Origin: an uncultured Chloroflexia bacterium
GTDB lineage: Bacteria > Chloroflexota > Anaerolineae > Anaerolineales > Anaerolineaceae
DNA length: 32,000 nucleotides
Assembly: GCA_963704755.1 (NCBI GenBank)
Contig: OY969938.1
Location: 2,310,001-2,342,000 of the forward strand
Reading direction: 5' to 3'
The translations under genes were made by a program, and so were the position numbers. Positions 7,616 through 16,551 of this stretch are shown one piece after another (the first letter of the stretch is position 1; each line of letters begins with the position of its first letter). The notes under the pieces are model-generated. The model searched no databases, had not been told where the DNA came from, and saw nothing but the letters and a program-made list of their open reading frames with translations.

Positions 7616-7799
7616 GTAGCCCGGCTTTCAAAGCCAGGGGGTAGCGAGACCGGCGCCTCTAACCAGGCCCGGAGCAGCTCAAGCTGTACCTACAGCCACA
7701 CGAAGACCCACCTGCGTGTGGCTCCTTTTCGGCAAAGGTCGATTCCATAGACAGGATGCTTTTTGGCCGGCGATCTCTCGGGTTCGAAACCCGAGCTAC
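7616..7799 (+). repeat. A unit copy A8 (184 nt), the most diverged copy
   Basis: The central hairpin has two mismatches (AGACCCAC / GTGTGGCT). The termini are intact. Confidence 0.85.
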
Positions 7800-7866
7800 C
7801 CCACCCAAACCTCAGCCCGGCGCAGGCCGGGCTTCGTGTTTTTGTTGCCGCGACCTCGGTCACCGG
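7800..7866 (+). repeat. Partial C unit C4 with a re-built terminator-like hairpin at 7814-7847
   Basis: AGCCCGGC-GCAG-GCCGGGCT followed by TCGTGTTTTTGTTGCCGCGACCTCGGTC. It has the same loop and tail as C1-C3 but a different, fully paired stem. Confidence 0.8.
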
Positions 7867-8084
7867 GGAGCGCCAATCAACTGAAACGCTGGAATTCAAA
7901 TCCCCACTTTCCAATCAGGATTATGCTTAACGCAATTCAATAAGCGATGAGGCTCGTTGCCCACGTCATTTTGAAGGATGGCTCCCTGAAAAAATACATC
8001 CGTAGAGGGTTTTTAGGGTTTTGGGTATTTAAGGTTGAGCGGCGTCGTCCCGCAAACAATCCAGGGGGGCCTTTCAGCCCTTAA

Positions 8085-8121
8085 AAGTTGAGTTGGCAAA
8101 CCGTATGCGGGTTTGCCAACT
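8085..8121 (-). terminator. Hairpin terminator downstream of glpK (possibly bidirectional)
   Basis: 12-bp stem AGTTGGCAAACC / GGTTTGCCAACT (8091-8102 pairs with 8110-8121). On the minus strand it is followed by CAACTTTTAA. It lies about 70 nt after the glpK stop. Confidence 0.55.
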
Positions 8122-8189
8122 CTTCGTGATTTTACCCCCCGGGCAGCAGGCTCGGGGGACCGCTAACTTAATCTCGAAATAAACCAGGG

Positions 8190-9698
8190 TTATCTAACCC
8201 ATTCAAAAGTACGCGTAATAGCGCGCTTCCAGTCCGAGTACTGGCGCTCACGAGTGTCCTGGTCCATCTTGGGCTCCCATTCCTTATCCTTACCCCAGTT
8301 GGAGCGCAGTTCATCGAAGTTGCTCCAGAACCCTACCGCCAGACCCGCTGCGTAGGCGGCGCCCAGCGCGGTAGTCTCGGCCACTTTCGGCCGGATGACC
8401 GGTACGTTGAGGATATCCGCCTGGAACTGCATCAGGAGCTCGTTGAATACCATCCCACCATCTACTTTGAGCGCGGTCAGATGCACCCCCGAGTCCTTCT
8501 CCATCGCATCCAATACCTCGCGAGTCTGGAAGGCGGTCGCCTCGAGCACGGCGCGCGCCAGGTGGCCCTTGTTGACGTAGCGGGTCAGCCCGACGATCAC
8601 GCCGCGGGCATCAGACCGCCAATACGGTGCAAACAACCCGGAGAAGGCCGGCACAAAGTAAATCCCGCCGTTGTCCTCGACCGTACGCGCCAGCAGTTCG
8701 ATTTCCGAGGATTTCTGGATCATGCCCATGTTGTCACGTATCCACTGGACTAGTGCACCGGTGATGGCGATCGAACCTTCCAGCGCGTACACCGCCGGCT
8801 CCTTGCCCACTTTGTAACCCATAGTGGTCAGAAGGCCACTCTTGGAGGGCACGGGCTTGGTGCCGGTATTGAGCAGCATGAAACAGCCGGTGCCGTAGGT
8901 GTTCTTGGCCTCTCCAGGGGTGTAGCAGGCCTGTCCAAACAGCGCTGCCTGCTGGTCGCCCAGGTCGCCGGCTACCGGCAGACCGGCCAACGGCCCGGAA
9001 GCCACCTTGCCGTAGACCTCCGACGAGGCGCAGATCCGGGGCAGCATAGAACGCGGGATATCCATAACCTCAAGAATCTCATCATCCCAGTCGAGGGTAT
9101 TAAGGTCCATTAGCATGGTGCGTGACGCGTTGGAAACATCGGTGACGTGCACCCCACCATTAGGCCCACCGGTCAGGTTCCAGATCAGCCAGGTATCGAT
9201 GTTGCCAAAGAGAAGCTCACCTCGCTCGGCACGCGTTCGTGCATCCTGCACATTATCCAGAATCCACTTAATCTTGGGGCCGGAGAAATAGGTGGCCAGC
9301 GGAAGGCCGACTTTTTCTCGAAAGCGGTCTTGCCCGCCCTGCCTGGCGAACTCGTTGATAATCTGGTCGGTGCGCGTGTCTTGCCATACGATGGCATTAT
9401 AGACTGGGAACCCGGTGGCTTTATCCCACACCACAGTTGTCTCGCGCTGATTGGTAATGCCGACCGCGGCGACGTCTTGCGGATTGATGGCCGGTTTGCC
9501 AATTGGATCCATGGCTTCCTGAATGACTTCTTGTGTACGCGCCCAGATCTCCATGGGGTGGTGCTCGACCCAGCCGGGCTTCGGGAAGATCTGCTCATGT
9601 TCTTTTTGGGCTATGCCCTGGACTGTGCCACTGTGGTCAAAGATCATGCAGCGGGTGCTGGTAGTACCCTGATCGATTGCTACAGCATACTTTGTCAT
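8190..9698 (-). CDS. glpK: Glycerol kinase
   Basis: 502 aa. Contains [52 protein letters not shown] and other GlpK signature blocks. Strong SD (GAGGAGGAGAA) before ATG 9698. Confidence 0.97.
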   Translation of the reverse strand: MTKYAVAIDQGTTSTRCMIFDHSGTVQGIAQKEHEQIFPKPGWVEHHPMEIWARTQEVIQEAMDPIGKPAINPQDVAAVGITNQRETTVVWDKATGFPVYNAIVWQDTRTDQIINEFARQGGQDRFREKVGLPLATYFSGPKIKWILDNVQDARTRAERGELLFGNIDTWLIWNLTGGPNGGVHVTDVSNASRTMLMDLNTLDWDDEILEVMDIPRSMLPRICASSEVYGKVASGPLAGLPVAGDLGDQQAALFGQACYTPGEAKNTYGTGCFMLLNTGTKPVPSKSGLLTTMGYKVGKEPAVYALEGSIAITGALVQWIRDNMGMIQKSSEIELLARTVEDNGGIYFVPAFSGLFAPYWRSDARGVIVGLTRYVNKGHLARAVLEATAFQTREVLDAMEKDSGVHLTALKVDGGMVFNELLMQFQADILNVPVIRPKVAETTALGAAYAAGLAVGFWSNFDELRSNWGKDKEWEPKMDQDTRERQYSDWKRAITRTFEWVR

Positions 9699-9804
9699 TT
9701 CTCCTCCTCAAAAATATCGACTTCCTTTGGATTGGAATTGAGGTGTTCCTGACACAAACCACCATTTCGTTCTAAAGTTCACCCAGATAATTACCCAATC
9801 GAAT

Positions 9805-9838
9805 GAGAGGCCGGTGGGCAGCCGCCCACCGGCCTCTC
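9805..9838 (-). terminator. 15-bp GC-rich hairpin immediately after the hydrolase-1 stop
   Basis: GAGAGGCCGGTGGGC-AGCC-GCCCACCGGCCTCTC. The U-tract is weak, so terminator function is inferred only from its position between the hydrolase stop (9850) and the glpK start (9698). Confidence 0.5.
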
Positions 9839-9849
9839 CCCCCAATCCT

Positions 9850-11661
9850 TTAAATTGCTGCCGCAAAAACACCAAACGCAGCCAGCAACCAGACTATAAA
9901 CAGCGTCACCAACGAAACGCCTACATATACACGCCCAGTCTTGCGGAAGAAATAAGTGTACAAACAGGCGGCCAGCGGGAAGAGGATCAGCATCGGGAGG
10001 TAGTAAATCCCGCCCATACCGGCAAACGTCCCGCCCATCGGTCCCGTTGCTGCGGAAGCAATGATCTGCGTACCGCCCGCCATCAAAGGTATGTACAGCA
10101 TCAAAATCCAAACCAGTGCGCCCAGAGTCAGCACCACTGCATTGGTCACCATCTCGCGAGCCAGACTGGCCTTGCCGCTATTGACCCGTAAGAAGCCCGC
10201 GAACAAGATTCCTTGCGGAACGTAGAAGAGGGCAAAGGGGATCAGGTACCCCAGGAAAGCCTGGAAACGGTTGGGCGACATCGGCATCAGGGCCACAACC
10301 CAGGCTCGGAAGTCGACAAAAAACACGCCATGGATGAATGCAAGCAACAGATAAAGCGGGGCGAGGATGCTCAAAGATAGCAAAATGGATTTTCCAACTT
10401 TGCCCCAGTCCACGCCTTTTCCTTCCCAGGCCAGGCCATAGTTTACCGCCGTTGCACCCTGCTTCTTGGTGAAGACATAGTGATTGAAGAAAATCAGGAT
10501 AATCGCAATGACGCCGACGGCGATCGTCCAGAGCATGTAAACATTGGTGAAGCTCTGCGGCCATATGCTATTGGCCGGGATGAGCGGTGCTGCAAATTCA
10601 TGCGCCCATGCCCAAAAATAAACCAATGGCCCTACAGCAGTGGTGATTAAAGCCCCTATCCACCAGCCAATCCCGGTAAAGCCCTTGAAAGCTGGGACCT
10701 TCTCAACCAATGGCTGGAAAAAGGAGGTTTGCAGCAGCAAAGCTCCCATCGGGAAAAAGAATAGCAAGGCACCGAGGAGAGCTGCTGCCGTTCCAAACAA
10801 CTTCCATCCCCAAATCTGATTCGTGCCCGGAAGGCCCGTACCACCTTTGAGGGTGGTTTCCATCCAGGTTATGGCATTGCCAATGGCAGCCGGTGAATTG
10901 GTTGACCCGGCATGTTCTTCAAATGGCTGGTAAAGAATCCGCGCCGTTCCATCGGCTACCGAACCATACATCTTCCCTGGCACGATTGGATCAGTTGTAT
11001 TGAAAACAGGCTGGATAACGGGCGAGACAACCGCATCCGCCCCTCTGCCGACCATAACCATCCCGGACAACTCGGTAAATGAGCCGATATTGAACGCCAC
11101 GTTTTTCAAACCGTTACAGGGAGTGATGTCCATGCTGCCCGGAGGGGTGCATTCCGATTCCATGTAAAAGATGGATGTATAGCCGTCCGGTATGGCATTC
11201 GCCGCCGCGGTGACCGGCCCAAATCCACCTTGCGACATCCCCACCAGGCCGATGTTGTCCTTGTCCACAATGGGAAGCGAACGTAAATAATTCAAAGTGT
11301 CCGGGCCACCATAGCCATCCTCACCGTTGAGACCGGAAGAATAACCATGCCCGGTCATATCTGCAGAGAGGACAACATACCCCCGCCGCGCAAACTCCAG
11401 GGCCGTATTATCCATATAATCTTTTTGGTTATTTAGCCCATGAAACAGCATGATGGCGGGCGCGGGGTTCATTGCACTCACGCCTTTAGGGGTATACAAG
11501 TAGGCACTAAAGGTATACCCATTCGACCCGTGAAACTTGATATCCTGAACTGTGGCTGCTCCTGCTCCAGTGTTGACCCAGGAAGCAAGTAAACTGCCCC
11601 CCAGCATCAACACCAAAGTAATGATCAGAAAACGCCAATAAGTCCGATTCTTTCCGTTCAT
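9850..11661 (-). CDS. Membrane-embedded alpha/beta-hydrolase: N-terminal signal anchor, serine-hydrolase domain, about 8-TM C-terminal domain (paralogue 1)
   Basis: MLFHGLNN (HG oxyanion motif), nucleophile elbow GMSQGG and candidate catalytic His in FEEHAGS, followed by about 300 aa of hydrophobic helices. The start is moved from 11685 to ATG 11661, which has GAGGAG 6 nt upstream and aligns with the paralogue N-terminus MNGHHNKYW. Confidence 0.8.
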   Translation of the reverse strand: MNGKNRTYWRFLIITLVLMLGGSLLASWVNTGAGAATVQDIKFHGSNGYTFSAYLYTPKGVSAMNPAPAIMLFHGLNNQKDYMDNTALEFARRGYVVLSADMTGHGYSSGLNGEDGYGGPDTLNYLRSLPIVDKDNIGLVGMSQGGFGPVTAAANAIPDGYTSIFYMESECTPPGSMDITPCNGLKNVAFNIGSFTELSGMVMVGRGADAVVSPVIQPVFNTTDPIVPGKMYGSVADGTARILYQPFEEHAGSTNSPAAIGNAITWMETTLKGGTGLPGTNQIWGWKLFGTAAALLGALLFFFPMGALLLQTSFFQPLVEKVPAFKGFTGIGWWIGALITTAVGPLVYFWAWAHEFAAPLIPANSIWPQSFTNVYMLWTIAVGVIAIILIFFNHYVFTKKQGATAVNYGLAWEGKGVDWGKVGKSILLSLSILAPLYLLLAFIHGVFFVDFRAWVVALMPMSPNRFQAFLGYLIPFALFYVPQGILFAGFLRVNSGKASLAREMVTNAVVLTLGALVWILMLYIPLMAGGTQIIASAATGPMGGTFAGMGGIYYLPMLILFPLAACLYTYFFRKTGRVYVGVSLVTLFIVWLLAAFGVFAAAI

Positions 11662-11913
11662 ATTATTCTCCTCTATAAAATACATGATTAGTTACCAACG
11701 AAGTATTTCACCTCAGGATTGCCTTAAGTCGAATTCTCCTTTCAGCGTAGTAAAATTTCGGATCACGCAGGTTTTACCGTCGTTCCGGGACTGGAGAATT
11801 GCGCCTTTCGATCAAAGCGTTCATCTCCAGTCCTTCCATTCCCTCGCTAGATGCATTTCTGCGGGACAGAATGAGGCCGGTTTTGGCAAAAGTTAAAGGC
11901 TACAAATTACACC

Positions 11914-13677
11914 CTAACCGCCAAAAGCGAAAACGGCATTGGCTGCCACCAGATACCAGACGATAAAGAACGTGTTGATCAATGCGCCAACGTACACATG
12001 GCCCGTTTTGCGGTAGAAGAAAGTAGAAATGCAAGCAATCACCGGCAGAAGCCCAATCATCGCAATAGCATTGATCAGGCCCAACCCGCCAGGACCAAAG
12101 TTCGCTGGAGCGCCGAAGAATTCCAGCGGGATATAGAAGTAAGCCAATACGACACCGAGTCCGATCAACAGGATTGCGGTATTGATAAGCATTTCCTGTC
12201 CCAGGGTGGCTTTGCCGTTTTTCGGCCGTAGCGTCCCATGTAATACAACGGATATGGGGATGAAATAAATCGCGGCAGGGATAATATAGGCCAGCAGCAT
12301 ATAAAAATGCTGGTAATCTGTGACTTTGAGGGTGAGAATCCAGAAACGGAAATCAACCATCAACAAGGAATTGATGAGGAAGAGCAAGATGTATCCAGAG
12401 ACTACGACGGCCAATGCTAACAACACTGACTTTCCGATCTTGCCCCAATCCAATCCCTTTTCAGGCCACTTCAAGCCATAGCTAACGCCTGTCGCACCAT
12501 CTTTGCGACCGAGGAGAAAATAGCTTCCCACCAGGATGACGATTGTGATTAGCCCAACAACCATCATCCAACCGAGAAAGCCGGTCGTGATGCCTTCCAT
12601 ATGGAAATAATTAGCATTGAAGAAATACAAGAAGAGCTTATAGAGGGTCAGGGGACCCAGCAGAGCCGTGACAACGACGAAAACCCACCAGGTGACGCCG
12701 GTCGAACCTTTGTAAACGGGCAGAGGGTCGATCAGCGATTGGAAATACGGTACCCCGAGCAGTAGAGCCCCCACTGCAATCAAAAACAAAACCAGTCCAA
12801 TGAACGCCAGAAGAGTACCCAGGTCCTTAACCGGCCAGATTTGGCTCACCGACTCCAGGCTGGCGTTCTGGGCCCCCTGGAGCGTCATCCCGAACCAGCT
12901 TATTGCATTGCCAATCGAAACCGGGTCATCGGTCGAATAAGGGTGGTCGCCAAAATGGTTGTAGAAGACCTTACCGGTCCCATCTGCAATCGAGCCGTAC
13001 ACCTGGCCCGGAACGATAGGTTGGTCAGTGCCGTAGGTTTTCATCGCGTCAGGCATGAGCGGTACCTGTCCACCATTAGCAGCTCCAAACGGTTGTGGTA
13101 CTTCGCTGCCTTTTCCCCAACTAATGGCAAAGTTTTTATCCTTATCGCACTGCGAACAGCTCGAGTCCATGAAGAACATGCTTTCATAACCGTCAGGCAT
13201 CAACTGTGCAGCAGCTTCGATTGCCATTCCCCCCATAGACATACCGATTAAACCAACGTTATCTGGATCGACGATATCCAGGCTGCGTAAATATTTAAGC
13301 CCATCGTAAGTGCCATAAGCATTCGCATTAGGGGAAGGCGCGGAAGAAGACCCGGAAAGCCCATGTTTATCCAGGTCCATTGTCAGAACCACGTAACCAC
13401 GGCGCGCCAACTCCAGGGCCGTGTTGTTCATGTACTCCTTGCTGTTATTGTAGCCGTGCGCCACCAGGATACCGGGAGCCGGGTGGCCGGTGGTCACACC
13501 TTTTGGAACGAATAAATTTGCATCGTATATGCCGTTATAAGTGCCATAAAACTTGACCTCCGTCACGGTGGCCGTGCCAGCGCCTGTCTGAATCCAACTT
13601 GCCAGCGTGCTTCCTCCAAGAACAAGAACCAGTGCAACGATTAACAATGTCCAATACTTATTATGATGACCGTTCAT
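11914..13677 (-). CDS. Membrane-embedded alpha/beta-hydrolase with about 8-TM C-terminal domain (paralogue 2)
   Basis: Same architecture as paralogue 1: LVAHGYNN, GMSMGG, FGDHPYS and a polytopic C-terminal half. SD AGAGGAAG before ATG 13677. Confidence 0.8.
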   Translation of the reverse strand: MNGHHNKYWTLLIVALVLVLGGSTLASWIQTGAGTATVTEVKFYGTYNGIYDANLFVPKGVTTGHPAPGILVAHGYNNSKEYMNNTALELARRGYVVLTMDLDKHGLSGSSSAPSPNANAYGTYDGLKYLRSLDIVDPDNVGLIGMSMGGMAIEAAAQLMPDGYESMFFMDSSCSQCDKDKNFAISWGKGSEVPQPFGAANGGQVPLMPDAMKTYGTDQPIVPGQVYGSIADGTGKVFYNHFGDHPYSTDDPVSIGNAISWFGMTLQGAQNASLESVSQIWPVKDLGTLLAFIGLVLFLIAVGALLLGVPYFQSLIDPLPVYKGSTGVTWWVFVVVTALLGPLTLYKLFLYFFNANYFHMEGITTGFLGWMMVVGLITIVILVGSYFLLGRKDGATGVSYGLKWPEKGLDWGKIGKSVLLALAVVVSGYILLFLINSLLMVDFRFWILTLKVTDYQHFYMLLAYIIPAAIYFIPISVVLHGTLRPKNGKATLGQEMLINTAILLIGLGVVLAYFYIPLEFFGAPANFGPGGLGLINAIAMIGLLPVIACISTFFYRKTGHVYVGALINTFFIVWYLVAANAVFAFGG

Positions 13678-14289
13678 CTTCCTCTTTCCTCTCCTATGGC
13701 TGGATATTCTTCTCCAGGATCGATCCTGTCTGATCTTGTCTTGCTGCTCGCTCCCTGTTCATTCAGACTGGCTGCAACGGAAATAGGGTTGTTTGTGTGG
13801 CCGGTAGGCTGTATGGGATTTTGTGAATGGTTTACAGGCGACTCGTATTTTTCCTCCTTTCTTGTTTTGCTTACGTCGTTTTAACATCCTGCAATTATGT
13901 CAACTTACATGGTCTCAACAAATTGAAAACATCCGGCCACTGTTCAGCACATAGATGAGGGAGCCAACAAAACGGTATGGTCTGTAAAACATCTATCTGG
14001 CAAACCAATTCTCCGTTAACGGCCATCAAGATAAATGACGTGTACAGACGAGTCCACTGAGAAAAGCACCCCTTGCAGAAAAAGAACGTTATGTGCGCTA
14101 TATGTGGGAAAAACGGTTTAGCCGCTTTCCAACAGATAGTGCCCTTTAGCAACTTTTTCCCGCTTATGGAGTATTTACAGGAGACTTTCAGGGTATTCGG
14201 ACTCGCTAATCACTTGGTTGTAGAAAAAAAACTGGGCTTTACGCCATTATGTCAAATTTGAATGGGATTGGGAATCAGGAAACAAGCCC

Positions 14290-14322
14290 AATAAAAATAG
14301 AAAATCCCCTACTACAGGGGAT
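14290..14322 (-). terminator. Rho-independent terminator after the FGGY-kinase paralogue
   Basis: On the minus strand, ATCCCCT-GTAGT-AGGGGAT is followed by TTTCTATTTTTAT. It lies about 50 nt after the stop at 14372. Confidence 0.65.
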
Positions 14323-14371
14323 CTATTGGATTAATATCTATACTCCAATGGAGAATATCAAGCTTATCGGG

Positions 14372-15863
14372 TCAATCCTTTAGCCAACCACAAGTACGTT
14401 CAATCGCTTTTTTCCACCCATGATACAACTCGTTGCGACGTTCTAAGGATAAATTGGGTTCCCAATGCCGCTCTACCCGGACCAGGGACTGCGTTTCATC
14501 AGCCGATTCCCAATATCCAGTGGCCAGGCCGGCTAAAAATATGGCCCCCAGAACACTGCTTTCGATGATCATTGGTCGCTCGACCACAATTCCAAGGATA
14601 TCCGCCATAAATTGCATCAAAAAATCATTTTTCGCACTACCGCCGCCGACCCGAATATGGTCGAATTTTTTGCCTGAGCGCAGTTGCATCACATCAAACA
14701 AATCCCTTATTTGATAAGCCATCCCCTCCAAGGCAGCGCGTACGAGATGATATTTCGATGTCCCCTGCGTGATTCCGAAGAAGCTTCCCCGGGAATATGG
14801 GTCATTATAGGGGCCACCTAACCCAGCGAAAGCCGGTACGAAATAGACCCCGGAGGTATCGGAGACGCGGGCCGCAAATATTTCTGCCTCGGCAGCGTCT
14901 TGGATGATACCCAATTCATCCCGAAGCCACTGGAGGGCGGCTCCGGAGACATTTGCCCAACTTCCCATTCCCCGCGTAACGTAACCATCAATTCCCCATA
15001 GCACCGGAGACCCTACTCCACCTCCTGCCGAGAATAGTTGTTTGCCGGTATTGAGGATTAGCGAGGATCCTGTCCCCATATTACAGGAAAGCATACCAGG
15101 CTGATGACCGCCCAAGCCGAACACCGCCGCGAATTGATCTCCGGCAACTCCAGCAATGGGCAGACTGGCATCAAAGAAGACTTCCGGCTTGGTATACGCG
15201 TAGATCTCACTGGAGCTGTGTAATTCTGGGAGGATCTCGATAGGGATACCCATTTCATTCAATATCCACTCATCATAATGAAGGGAATTGATGTTGAATA
15301 ATAAACCCGGGCTTGCATTCGACATATCCGTAACAAAGACGCCACCAGAAAGCTTCCAAATCAGCCAGGCATCCACCGTGCCAAAGAGGAGCTCACTACG
15401 TGCCAATCCGCGTTGAATTGAACGATCGTGCTCAATCAGCCAGCGGATTTTTACAGCAGAACAATTGGGATTTATTTGAGCCCCCGTTCGTGCTTTAAAA
15501 TTCATCCTGGCTTTTCATATTCAAACGTTCACTAATGGGAAGCGAGCGGATATCCTGCCACCCGATTGCCCGGCCTACAGCTTCACCTGTGAATTTGTTC
15601 CAGAAGATCGTCGTCAGTAATTGATTGGTTATCCCGATTGCCTCGATGTCTTCTGGCAAGATCCGGCCGTTCTTAAAGGCCTCGCCAGTCACTTTCAACA
15701 CAGCAGCAAAGATCTCATCTGGATCCTGCTCAACCCACCCCGGCTGTGGAAAATACAGTTTATTCTCGATTACTGCGCTTGATATAACCCTTGCATAGTG
15801 ATCCAAAATAACCGCTTTTGTAAACGTTGTTCCCTGATCTATCCCCAAGATGTATCTTCCCAT
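14372..15863 (-). pseudogene. FGGY-family / glycerol-kinase paralogue interrupted by a +1 frameshift in a T4/A4 run near 15497-15500
   Basis: Track ORFs 15495..15938 (N-terminal part: GIDQGTTFTKAVILD, ITNQLLTTIFWN) and 14372..15505 (C-terminal part: GDQFAAVFG, VYFVPAFAGLGGPY) overlap by 11 nt. On the minus strand GAT GAA TTTT AAA GCA reads through as QDEFKARTG if one T is removed, colinear with Glp[10 protein letters not shown]. The likely true start is ATG 15863 (MGRYILGIDQGTT, SD GGAGAAAAGG). Confidence 0.8.
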
Positions 15864-15889
15864 CACCTTTTCTCCATATACGATTTGTT

Positions 15890-16544
15890 CTAAGTCTTGG
15901 AGGTCCTGTTTTCGATTGTTATCCCGGATTCGAGGCAAACACGTACGAGGCTGGCGACGTTTTCTACATCAAGTTTCCGCATGGCATCACGTCTTCTGTT
16001 TCTCAACCGTTTTCACGCTCGTATGCAGATCTTCGGCAATTTCTTTGGTTGACCGCCCGGCAACAATTCGGCTGGCAACTTCCCGCTCTCGGGGAGATAA
16101 ACGGTCCATGGGATTCTGGGGCCTCGAAGACAAGGTATGATAGGTCAGGATATGTGAAACACCTGAACTCAAATAACCACTCCCTCGATTTGCCGCGCGA
16201 ATTGCATCGATCAACTCTTCACTGACGGATTGCTTCAGAACATACCCCAGTGCCCCCAGCTCGAGCGCCTCCTGAACCAGCGCCAGGTCTGCGTGGATCG
16301 AGAGGATTACCACTCTTGATTTTAAGTTATTTTCTCGCATTAATTTGAGGACATTCAGGCCATCCATTTGTGGCATCGAAATATCCAAAACCATCACATC
16401 TGGCTGGAGATCACGGGCCAACTGGAAAGCATCTTCACCGTTACCCGCTTCACCAATAACCTGAAATTCATCCATGTCTTCCAACAGTCTGCAAATCCCC
16501 TGCCGGATAATGTGGAAATCTTCTGCAACTACTACTCGGATCAT
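15890..16544 (-). pseudogene. NarL/LuxR-family response regulator with an apparent +1 frameshift inside the HTH (track ORF ends prematurely at 15987)
   Basis: The receiver starts at ATG 16544 (MIRVVVAEDF..., D in VMVLDISMP, K in GYVLKQS). The HTH stops at ...SVKTVEKQKT*. The adjacent frame continues RRDAMRKLDVENVASLVRVCLESGI... to a TAG at 15890-15892, which is the expected rest of a LuxR-type HTH. Confidence 0.75.
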
Positions 16545-16551
16545 TTTTCCC

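Larger units (their letters stand above)
6250..7866. repeat. Right array of the same repeat family: solo A-terminus, then A4-C1-A5-C2-A6(trunc)-B2-A7-C3-A8-C4(partial)
   Basis: A-unit starts fall at 6384, 6697, 7007, 7306 and 7616, giving spacings of 313, 310, 299 and 310 bp. Copies are roughly 85-95 percent identical by eye. Confidence 0.92.

Noticed and set aside
6285-7943. Short ORFs on both strands inside the right repeat array (6285..6575 through 7716..7943, including the 136-aa 7019..7429)
   Set aside because: Same reasoning as for the left array. These ORFs are by-products of GC-rich tandem repeats, with indels between copies that do not respect any reading frame.
9147-9752. + strand ORF of 201 aa and minus-strand ORF 9185..9598 inside glpK
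   Set aside because: They are antisense or out of frame to an unambiguous glycerol kinase.
9791-10844. ORFs 9791..10111(-), 9814..10191(+), 10178..10564(-) and 10656..10844(-)
   Set aside because: They are out of frame or antisense to the hydrolase-membrane protein, whose architecture is corroborated by its paralogue.
13663-14261. ORFs 13663..13884(+), 13895..14152(-) and 14073..14261(+) in the 694-bp AT-rich gap
   Set aside because: They have no SD, are Cys/Phe/Leu-rich in a way typical of random AT-rich ORFs, and are mutually overlapping. The region is kept as non-coding.
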